Assembly (NCBI GenBank): GCA_002507245.1
Contig: DAZI01000077.1
Location: 1-52,592 of the forward strand
DNA length: 52,592 bases
DNA from: Candidatus Bathyarchaeota archaeon UBA233
Lineage (GTDB): Archaea > Thermoproteota > Bathyarchaeia > Bathyarchaeales > UBA233
Reading direction: 5' to 3'
Of this stretch, positions 36,916-44,856 are shown in pieces. The position numbers and the translations under genes are program-made. The notes below the pieces were generated by a model. It ran no database searches and was not told the origin of the DNA. It saw only the letters and a list, made by a program, of their open reading frames with translations. Numbering within the stretch: position 1 is the stretch's first letter; each line of letters starts with the position of its first letter.

Positions 36916-39900
36916 ATGTTAAGAAGAATTTTGTTTACAATAGTTAACGTTTACATATTGTGTTTTCTGATTTTTACTCCATGGATGGAATTAAAAACTT
37001 CATCTGAGAATAGCATAATGATTGAAGGAGATTGGATAATCAATGATACTGTATGGATGTTCAATGAAATTATTATTGTGGGTGGAAGTGTAATAATCCT
37101 AGATGGGGGTAAATTATTTTTAAGAAATTCAACTTTGTTTATAGGAGTTTCAGAAGCAGCACTTGTACCCAAAAATCTGACAGTAAAGACTAATGGACTT
37201 TTAAGCGTTGTTGACTCCACAATAACGTCCAATTATCGTGGTAGATACTGGATCTATGCCGAAGAACAATCTGCTGTTGAAATCCTATATTCTAAAATCT
37301 GTAATGCAGGTCGAGCCCCTGTCAGTAGTCCAATGTACCTATTTATTAGGCCACCTTATACAAATGACAGATCAAAATTCGGTCACGGTATTGAACTAGA
37401 AACTCCCGTTTGGATTAAGGAAACTACATTTGTTAATGTAAGCAGTATAAGATTTTATGCGTCAGGTAATATTGTTGAAAATAATACTATAATTAATTTA
37501 AGGCATGAAGGATTTGCATTCATGGAATCTTCAACAAATAACATAGTAAAGTACAATAGGATATTAAATGCTAGCGTTGATTGGGGGAATCCTTTAGGTC
37601 AAAACTTTGACAAAGAAACATTTGGCATAAGATTTTATCCACCAGAGAATATAAACCTTTCAGACCAGTATGATGAAGTTTATGGCAACTTTATTCAAAA
37701 TGTTACCTTCGGAATATTTATTTCGACTGTTCCGCCATGGACTTCTCGATCTAACTTGGTAATACATGATAATTATGTTAAAAATACCATAGCTTGTTTA
37801 GTAGGGGCGTTAAATAATTCGAAAATTTATAACGAAAGGTACGAGAGGTTCTGGGCCTGGGGAATGCATATTCGTGTATCTAATACGTTAATTGAAAATA
37901 ATACCATTGTGAATGCAACATTGCAGATTCCTTACATCTGGAATGACACCGACAATTATACGCCTATAAACTACTGGAAGCATTTTTGGGAATTTACTCG
38001 TAGACATAGGGTTAGTCCGGGAGAAGGCACTGATATGTTCGCTATTTCAACCCCATTTCAACGCAAACTTTGGAGCATTGGTAGCCAATTGTTGTTGTTC
38101 TATTCCAATGGTACACATATGGTGTATACCTATACTTATTTCGATGAATATGGTATCCTACGTTGGAGTGAGCCAGCATGTATTAGGGAAACACTAGAGG
38201 GGGGCAGTTTCTCCGTGTGGTTAAGTCCTTCGTACTATGTCCATTATGTGTATTCCAGTGGATTATGGAGCGACCCTATCTATTATCGAAGGGGTAGGTT
38301 CACAGGTAACACGATTAACTGGGATACTGAAACAATAGCTGTGCCAGGAAATGAAAACAAAAAGTATATAAATCCATTTATATCAGTCGATGACAATGGT
38401 TATCCGTGGATAGGATATACTGAGGTAGTATCCCCTCCAGTTGACACAACGGGTATTCCATACGTGACAAAATCATCAACAAATGACGGAACATGGCAAA
38501 CAACACCAGGATTCCCGTTTAAACTTTCGAGTAGTCTCGGAACATGGGCTGTTCAAGTTCACCCGTTTTCGTTGAACGAGGTATATGCCGTTTATGCTCG
38601 TGGATTTGACACAGTGAAGGGTAGACTTTGGAATGGTTCTGTATGGTTGTATGAGGAAGAGGTTTCGTCAAGTAAAATTATTGATGGAACCTACCATAGT
38701 GTTGTTTGCGTAAATAACGTGATACATCTAGCTTTTCTGAGTTCTAACAATAGCATTGTATATCTCAATCGAACAGAAAATGGTTGGAGCTCCGAAGAAC
38801 TTATTCAAACAACAGTTTCATCCACATCTGCTCCAGTTTTAGGCTTTGATGATTACGCATCCGAACTCTACTGCTTCTGGATAGGTTCTCCAGAAACAAA
38901 CAAGATTTACTACAAAAAATACAGGGAGGGAAAATGGACCCCCTTCCCAATAAGATATTCTGACGGATTTAAAGTAGATGAATTTCCAATAACTAGAAAT
39001 GACTTGATTGCTTGTCCGATAAAAGGTAACATTGCCCTCACTTTCACAAAAAATGAGGGGCAGAGATATAAGCTTGATGTTTTTGTATCTTTTTCTACTG
39101 GTTGGAGCTTGATAGTATCTCAAGTTTACTATCGGTTTATGTTCAGAGTTCGACACGGAATACTTCTAACCGAAGGAGGCGATAATATTTCAATATGTAA
39201 AAATTCTATTAGATACATTCCCACGCATGGAGGGGGTATAGGCATGGATGTGGGGGGAACCCTAACTAATGTCATGATTTTTAACAATTCCGTTTATCAC
39301 ATTGCTGATGAAAACTATGCATATCCTTGCCCCACTACTGTACCCTCCTTATATAAAAGCCAGGAACCTGGTGGCGCTATCGAACTTGAACATGTTGATA
39401 ACATAACAATAAAGATGAATTTAATGATAAATGTAGCTCAAGGAATTACAACAACTTTTGCAGATTCAATAGGATTTCGTGGGCGAATATTTATTCAGAA
39501 CAATTCAATAATCAACGCTTCGTCATATGCCATCCGATTCGACGACTTCTGGGAAGCACCTTCTACAGAAAATTACACGGTTTCAATTAAAGGAAATGAA
39601 ATAACTAATGCACAAGTAGCTATAACAGTATCTAACTACAATAACATTTTAAATAAAACGATAATTTCAACAAATAACATCATTAATTGTGAAAAAGCTC
39701 TCTGGTTTGGCCGCAATGGGCCCCCTGTTCGTAATTGTACAGTTATTGAGAATAACATTGTCAATTGCACATATATCGTCGATGTAAATAATAAAGCTTC
39801 ACCTTACGACATTCTATTCTACCATAACAACTTTGTCAATTATACATACATCAATACACGAAGTATGGAAGGTCTTTACTGGAATTTAACCTACCCAATC

Positions 39901-40440
39901 GCGGGAAATTACTGGAGCGATTATACGGGAGAGGATAATTATTGGGGGCCTGACCAAAACTTGCCTGGCCCAGACGGTATAGGCGACGCCCCATACGTCA
40001 TAGATTCAAATAATATCGATTATTATCCGTTGATGTACCCATGGACACCTCAAGATATAATTGCCATTACAAATATGTGGTTCTCAGAGCCACCTCACTA
40101 CGTCGGAGAGCCACTAGGCATCTGCGTAGAGGTTAAAAACCAAGGGGGCTACAACATAACCTTCTCTGTAAACATTAATTACACAACGAAAATTATGTCT
40201 TTCCCAGCCGAAGGGTTAATTGGAACACAAAATATAACATTAATTCCTGGAGAGTCAAGAACAATATTGTTCATTTGGACGCCTCAATTACCTGGCACGT
40301 TTAACATAATTGCATACACAAGTGAAATCCCCTGTGACATAACCCCTGAAAACAACATGTTCAAAAAATACATTATCATTTATAGTACTCCACCGCATCC
40401 AACCCCCAGTGGCGGAGGAGGACGGTGTTACCCGATCTAA
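36916..40440 (+). CDS. Giant secreted surface protein: right-handed beta-helix (NosD/PbH1-like) repeats - beta-propeller-like middle - second beta-helix - CARDB domain, ending SGGGGRCYPI
   Basis: The start is taken at MLRRILFTIVNVYILCFLIF (signal/anchor) inside ORF 36796..40440. Repeated N-x-I/V-x-N-N beta-helix rungs. The NosD-type closing block is NYWSDYTG..GPDGIGDAPYVIDSNNIDYYPLMYPW. The CARDB-like block is VEVKNQGGYNITFSVNINY...PGESRTILFIWTP. About 33 N-x-S/T sequons were counted by eye. Confidence 0.8.
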   Translation: MLRRILFTIVNVYILCFLIFTPWMELKTSSENSIMIEGDWIINDTVWMFNEIIIVGGSVIILDGGKLFLRNSTLFIGVSEAALVPKNLTVKTNGLLSVVDSTITSNYRGRYWIYAEEQSAVEILYSKICNAGRAPVSSPMYLFIRPPYTNDRSKFGHGIELETPVWIKETTFVNVSSIRFYASGNIVENNTIINLRHEGFAFMESSTNNIVKYNRILNASVDWGNPLGQNFDKETFGIRFYPPENINLSDQYDEVYGNFIQNVTFGIFISTVPPWTSRSNLVIHDNYVKNTIACLVGALNNSKIYNERYERFWAWGMHIRVSNTLIENNTIVNATLQIPYIWNDTDNYTPINYWKHFWEFTRRHRVSPGEGTDMFAISTPFQRKLWSIGSQLLLFYSNGTHMVYTYTYFDEYGILRWSEPACIRETLEGGSFSVWLSPSYYVHYVYSSGLWSDPIYYRRGRFTGNTINWDTETIAVPGNENKKYINPFISVDDNGYPWIGYTEVVSPPVDTTGIPYVTKSSTNDGTWQTTPGFPFKLSSSLGTWAVQVHPFSLNEVYAVYARGFDTVKGRLWNGSVWLYEEEVSSSKIIDGTYHSVVCVNNVIHLAFLSSNNSIVYLNRTENGWSSEELIQTTVSSTSAPVLGFDDYASELYCFWIGSPETNKIYYKKYREGKWTPFPIRYSDGFKVDEFPITRNDLIACPIKGNIALTFTKNEGQRYKLDVFVSFSTGWSLIVSQVYYRFMFRVRHGILLTEGGDNISICKNSIRYIPTHGGGIGMDVGGTLTNVMIFNNSVYHIADENYAYPCPTTVPSLYKSQEPGGAIELEHVDNITIKMNLMINVAQGITTTFADSIGFRGRIFIQNNSIINASSYAIRFDDFWEAPSTENYTVSIKGNEITNAQVAITVSNYNNILNKTIISTNNIINCEKALWFGRNGPPVRNCTVIENNIVNCTYIVDVNNKASPYDILFYHNNFVNYTYINTRSMEGLYWNLTYPIAGNYWSDYTGEDNYWGPDQNLPGPDGIGDAPYVIDSNNIDYYPLMYPWTPQDIIAITNMWFSEPPHYVGEPLGICVEVKNQGGYNITFSVNINYTTKIMSFPAEGLIGTQNITLIPGESRTILFIWTPQLPGTFNIIAYTSEIPCDITPENNMFKKYIIIYSTPPHPTPSGGGGRCYPI

Positions 40441-40552
40441 AGGCTTAAACTAAAATAATAAATTCTATGGTAGTCCGATTTGCGTTCAAATTGATTTAAA
40501 TTTTCAGTTTTCATAAGAAAAATCTGAGCTCTTATATCGAGCGTTTATTTGC

Positions 40553-41014
40553 TTGGTGAGTAGGAGAAGTGTCGTAAGTGACTCTACGCGTCCAAAAGAT
40601 CTCGCAATGGCGTTCAAATCCTTGGGGTTTGACGAACTTTATAGCAGACTTAGATGCGATCTTAGGTAAATATGCTACTCCTCTTTTACGAAGAGGTGAA
40701 AGCCACTACTGATCTTGACTTGATGGTAGACGCTGGTGTAACAAATTTAAAGGAAGCAGAAGAAATTATTGGAAATCGGCGTTTCAAGAATTATTATAAT
40801 TGGAACTGAAACTCTGCACGACCTGAATTTTGTGAAACAGGTGATTAAGTCTTTTGGTAAAGATCGAATTATAGTTAGCATTGACTTGAAGGAAAGAGAA
40901 CTGATTAGTAGATCCGAAGCCATAAAGTTCATGAGTCCAATATCACTTGCAAAAACGCTTTCGAAAATGAATGTTACTCGTCTAATTGTACTAGACTTAG
41001 AGGTCTTAAGGTGA
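40553..41014 (+). pseudogene. HisA/HisF-family (beta/alpha)8-barrel pseudogene, multiply frameshifted and C-terminally truncated
   Basis: Homologous blocks lie in successive frames. DSTRPKDLAMAFKSLGFDELY is in the frame of 40553. ADLDAILGK is in the +1 frame from 40644. EEVKATTDLDLMVDAGVTNLKEAEEII is the next +1 frame. EIGVSRIIIIGTETLHDLNFVKQVIKSFGKDRIIVSIDLK is ORF 40769..41014. Each block ends in a stop codon. Confidence 0.7.
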
Positions 41015-41270
41015 GGTCTATAGCATAGCTATTGATTTACCAGAAATGGAAGACGAAATAAGCAAAGCGGAGGCATTAAGCAACTTATAGCCTTGAAAAC
41101 ATAACTTAATGTGAAGAAACACTTTAGAACGGAACTTTAAGTCGTTCATTACTTTAACCTTTAAAAGGGATGCTATTGTTTATTTTGCATTTCATTCCAT
41201 CCGGCAAAGTCTAGCTAATATGTCATGCTAGTAAAATAAGCGAAGCATCACAAAGTAGCAAAGCGACACA

Positions 41271-42182
41271 TTATCTTTGCTTATTTGTTCCCTTGGACGT
41301 TTCCGTTCTGATTATCCAAAATGCAGATATAGAGCATATTAACATCCTTAAGATGAGAGAAGCAGTGAACGCCATTTCAGTCTTTGACCCGAAGGTTACT
41401 ATTGTCCACCATAGAGGATTTTCATTTAGAAGATATGCCATTAAAATCCCGATGATGTTTCTTGTCTTATGATAAGCCCATGTAAAAAGAAATCCAAAGA
41501 ATATGACATCAAACGGGTCAAATTTTCCTGTTGACAGAGGAGTGTTATATAGACCTGCCCATAAAACCACTATCAAAGGTATTACAAACTTCTTGGGAAA
41601 ATCTTTTAGAAAATCGTAAGGAAAAGTTTCCCAGAATATAAACGCTAAAACGCCCGCCATAATCCATAAAACTAATGCAGACATCAAAATTTGAAGCGAA
41701 ATTGGTGGACTAGCCCAAGAAGGTTTGGCAGCAATTAACATTGTATCAACACCTACAATTAGTGTGCCAATAAACCAGAGCAGAGGAATTGGTGTCGAAA
41801 AAGCCGCTGCCCACAAAAAGCTATTACCTAAGTTATATTTTCTAATCCCAAAGGTTGAAAAAGTACAGTTTTCATTACTTAACTTTAAAATTGCAAAGAC
41901 TGTTGAGAACATTGCAACCAATGTAAATATATGAATCCATAGAAGGCTGGCAAGCGTGTTTGATAATTCCAGATGTGAAACTAGAAAAGGATTCATGATA
42001 TAAGCAATTAAATAAGCAAGTGAATAGAAGAGTGTTATACCGACTATTTTCTTTCTTAGCATTGCTATATACCTTCCTGAAACTCGATTTCGCTTAACGA
42101 GTATGGCTTTGTTACACATTCTCCAAAGGGGGAGGTGAACATAAGATTCTCCCTGAGGGTTTCGTTCTTCCGCGTGGTCCAT
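41271..42182 (-). CDS. Polytopic membrane protein, possibly a degenerate CPBP/CAAX-protease-like protein
   Basis: About 8 TM helices. The motif positions are only partly kept: FWETFPYDF instead of EExxxR, FTWAYHKTRN (FxxxxH) and MAYLLNEN. The likely start is the internal MLRKKIVG (about 42062). Confidence 0.35.
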   Translation of the reverse strand: MDHAEERNPQGESYVHLPLWRMCNKAILVKRNRVSGRYIAMLRKKIVGITLFYSLAYLIAYIMNPFLVSHLELSNTLASLLWIHIFTLVAMFSTVFAILKLSNENCTFSTFGIRKYNLGNSFLWAAAFSTPIPLLWFIGTLIVGVDTMLIAAKPSWASPPISLQILMSALVLWIMAGVLAFIFWETFPYDFLKDFPKKFVIPLIVVLWAGLYNTPLSTGKFDPFDVIFFGFLFTWAYHKTRNIIGILMAYLLNENPLWWTIVTFGSKTEMAFTASLILRMLICSISAFWIIRTETSKGTNKQR

Positions 42183-42594
42183 ACGCTCCGTGAAGGACTG
42201 GATATCACACGCGCTTATATTTAGAATTAGAAGGTTAGAGGTTTATTTTTAGATATGGGTTAAATTGGTCTTGAAATTTTGCCCCGAGCTCTAAAGGGGT
42301 AGTAAACCAGTCTGTTTGAGTCACTACCACTTCTAGTATAAGCATCAAATAAACTATGAGATCAACTGAGGATGAAGCAATTGTGATTCAATTACAAATA
42401 GACATTCAAATTCCACAATCGGCCGTAAAATCTCAAGAAAATCTGTGGTAGGTTCAAATATCCGTTTAAATTATCGGGGTTCAGGTTTTCTATTCTGATT
42501 GAGTAGGCTAAGCCCGCTTTTTCCTTAACTGTGCGCTAAAGTAGCTGATTATTTTAAGAGTGGAAGTTATAGAATATAAAATGGAGAAATCTAT

Positions 42595-43158
42595 ATGAAG
42601 CCTTTTGAAAAAGATGTCAAAATCCTTGATCAACTGGTTGCTCATATTCATCTGCTCACTGAACGTAACGGCATATTGACGGAAAAGCTAAACTTGGATT
42701 ATTACGAGTTTGAAGTTTCAAAAGGAAAGGTTCAAGGAATCTGTCTATATTATTCCAATAGTCCTATTCGAATCCAACATAGTAAGAACGTTTGGTACAC
42801 AAGGGGTCTATCACCAATCTCCTTACAGACACCAAGGTGGCAACAGACTCTCCCAGGGTATCTAAAACTATTGATGGGCAATTCCGATTGGTACAAGGAT
42901 CAGCATCACTTACGTATGATTGGACAAGCAAAGCCAGTTGGTTTCTATGGTGCACGAATGGCATGCCATGGCGAACCCTATGCAGTATTCTTCAAAATGC
43001 CCCGAAACACTCGATTGTATAGATGCTCTCCACAACCAATGGAATGTTACGCCGACGATAGTCGCCTCAATCTCCTGTTTGTCCTTACCACCATGTCGCC
43101 AGACTACCAACCAAGAAGCTTGGATCTTTCCTACGATATCTCTGAGGAACCTATTTGA
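42595..43158 (+). CDS. Orphan hypothetical protein (187 aa)
   Basis: Longest ORF in a stretch that is open in five of six frames. No recognisable motif. Coding status is uncertain. Confidence 0.35.
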   Translation: MKPFEKDVKILDQLVAHIHLLTERNGILTEKLNLDYYEFEVSKGKVQGICLYYSNSPIRIQHSKNVWYTRGLSPISLQTPRWQQTLPGYLKLLMGNSDWYKDQHHLRMIGQAKPVGFYGARMACHGEPYAVFFKMPRNTRLYRCSPQPMECYADDSRLNLLFVLTTMSPDYQPRSLDLSYDISEEPI

Positions 43159-43337
43159 GTAGAGACCTATCGTGCCCACGCAGATTCATGAAGAATAAAT
43201 TTAGGGCTTCTTAAAATGTTGTATGGGGGATATGAAGAAGGCTCTATGATCAGTCTTTGGATGGATCACACTCCCATAGGTGGTTCACTGTAGCTTTCTA
43301 TAGTGTTCCCCTCATGTTATTGAGCGCGCAAGAAAGT

Positions 43338-43373
43338 TGGTGCTCCGGCCGGGATTTGAACCGGGTCCGCAGC
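43338..43373 (-). pseudogene. Orphan tRNA 3'-half-like element (T-arm + acceptor 3' strand + ACCA) without a matching 5' half
   Basis: The reverse complement reads GCUGCGGA-CCCGG-UUCAAAU-CCCGG-CCGGAGC-A-CCA. The T-loop is canonical and the T-stem has one C-C mismatch. No GCUCCGG 5' acceptor strand lies in the 46 nt before tRNA-Gln. The element is flanked by complementary AAGAAAG/CUUUCUU (43330-43336 / 43373-43379). Confidence 0.5.
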
Positions 43374-43426
43374 TTTCTTCCGTGATGGTCGAAAAGAGTT
43401 CAAACAGTGCCAGGAGTAGGGTTTGT

Positions 43427-43502
43427 TGGTAGCCCGGGGGAGATTCGAACTCCCGTCAGCGGGTCCAGAGCCCGCCATGCTTGGCCGCTACACCACCGGG
43501 CT
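43427..43502 (-). tRNA. tRNA-Gln (anticodon CUG), A1-U72, CCA encoded
   Basis: The reverse complement is AGCCCGG-UG-GUGU..GCAU-G-GCGGG-CUCUGGA-CCCGC-UGAC-GGGAG-UUCGAAU-CUCCC-CCGGGCU-A-CCA. All four stems pair. Confidence 0.9.
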
Positions 43503-43527
43503 TTGTTTGCCGAGTTAATTAGGGAGC

Positions 43528-43725
43528 TTATTGTGTGTTTTTAGCGTTTTGTTTGGCTTTTTCCAGGCAGAAGCATGGTTGGGGGTCATATTTCCAGTGG
43601 GGGCAGCACCATAAAGTGTCTACTATGGGGTTTTCTCCTTTCAGGTAGCGTAGTTGGCAGAAGACTTTGTCTGGATAGTGATACATATCATGTTGGGTGC
43701 AGTTTCCGCAGTATTTCTCTTTCAT
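43528..43725 (-). CDS. Cys/His-rich micro-protein (65 aa) translationally coupled to deoxyhypusine synthase
   Basis: Its ATG overlaps the dys stop (ATGA at 43722-43725). It has seven Cys (CGNC...C...CC...CFC) plus several His/Trp/Tyr. No family recognised. Confidence 0.55.
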   Translation of the reverse strand: MKEKYCGNCTQHDMYHYPDKVFCQLRYLKGENPIVDTLWCCPHWKYDPQPCFCLEKAKQNAKNTQ

Positions 43726-44735
43726 GTTGTCTTGCCCCTTGTGCTTGTTAGTGTTGGATTTCTAGTGAAGTTTTCTTCTAGTCTTTCTGTTACAGCTGCG
43801 ACTATTACAGGGAAGGTTATTAGCATGTCGCCTATTACCATGATTTTTCGTGCTTCTTTCTTAAGTTTTCCCCAACTCACTGTTTCTTCGAGGGTTGAGC
43901 CTGAAAGCCCGCCGGTTTCCGGCCTGTCCATGGTTAGGACTATGGCGTAGTCTATTCCCTTTCTTGAGGTTACGGCTGCATGTTGTACCGTGTTGCGGGG
44001 GACCCCTCCGCCTAGGACTATCATTCCGTTTCGCGGAGAGTTACTGAACATTTCGATTAGGGAACTCACCTCTTTGAACGCGTCTATTTTCAGAGTGTTT
44101 TGCGGGTTTCTTTGGGAGTGCATCCAGTAAATGTAGCCGAATTCGGAGTCGCGGAGAGCAGGCATAAATATGGGTACCCTTTTTTCGTAGGCGGCGCGCA
44201 GTATGGAATTAGGATCCTTTAGGCGTTTGCCCATTTCCCAAGCTAGTTCATGGGAAGATAGGGATTGCCCGTTAGCTTCTTTGGCGATTTCAGTGAACAT
44301 TTCGGTGCATTGGTAGTCCATTTTTATGAAGTCTTCTTCTGGAACGAAGATGTCGTAGATGCGGTAGATGTGGTATTGGTAGAGGAGGAAGTCGTTTGCT
44401 GCCCAGTGTCCTTTGTAGTGATGTCCGCCTATGGCTTCGATAAAGTCGTGAACCATGTTAGCCGCGGTTGTTATTAAAGCGTCTATTAGTCGTTTACGGA
44501 TTAGATTTGTGATTATGGTGCGGAGTCCGGCTGGAACCGCTGCGCCAGCTAGCGCTAAATAAATTGTGCATTCTTCGTCTCGCACCATTCGTTCAAAAAT
44601 GTTGCATGCAATTGCAAGTCTTCCAGCTCCAAAAGAGCCAGATTTTTCGAATTCTAGGATTAGCTGGTTAACGGTCATTTTTGGGCTTATTTTGATGTGT
44701 TCTACAGGGCTAGCGAGAAGATCTTCTCTCCGCAT
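43722..44735 (-). CDS. dys: Deoxyhypusine synthase
   Basis: About 337 aa with NLIRKRLIDALITTAANMVHD, MIVLGGGVPRN and the C-terminal SWGK lysine block typical of DHS. Confidence 0.88.
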   Translation of the reverse strand: MRREDLLASPVEHIKISPKMTVNQLILEFEKSGSFGAGRLAIACNIFERMVRDEECTIYLALAGAAVPAGLRTIITNLIRKRLIDALITTAANMVHDFIEAIGGHHYKGHWAANDFLLYQYHIYRIYDIFVPEEDFIKMDYQCTEMFTEIAKEANGQSLSSHELAWEMGKRLKDPNSILRAAYEKRVPIFMPALRDSEFGYIYWMHSQRNPQNTLKIDAFKEVSSLIEMFSNSPRNGMIVLGGGVPRNTVQHAAVTSRKGIDYAIVLTMDRPETGGLSGSTLEETVSWGKLKKEARKIMVIGDMLITFPVIVAAVTERLEENFTRNPTLTSTRGKTT

Positions 44736-44856
44736 TTCCTTTTCCTCTTAAATGTTGCATAATGCAAGGTTTGTTATGAAAAGGTTTTCCCTAACTGAAT
44801 TAGTTTGAGCAGAAGAATTTGCAAGAGCGTTTGCGGCGTTTGTCATGGAGAGATTT

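Noticed and set aside
40438-40560. Possible lost TM + basic tail of the giant protein encoded downstream of its stop codon (frameshifted sorting signal)
   Set aside because: Translation of all three frames after 40437 gives only short hydrophilic peptides ending in stops within about 12 codons. No hydrophobic helix or Arg/Lys cluster is present.
42183-42594. Possible RNase P RNA, SRP RNA or integrase remnant in the ORF-free 410 nt
   Set aside because: None of the conserved RNase P (GGAAAGUCC-type CR-I, ACAGAA..CGGCUUA CR-V) or SRP (GGAAGGGAGCA-type) strings were seen. The region is AT-rich, and no integrase-like translated fragments were recognised.
42958-42969. 12-bp perfect palindrome ATGGCATGCCAT inside the orphan ORF
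   Set aside because: It is a single short palindrome within a putative CDS with no repeat partner or flanking structure, consistent with chance.
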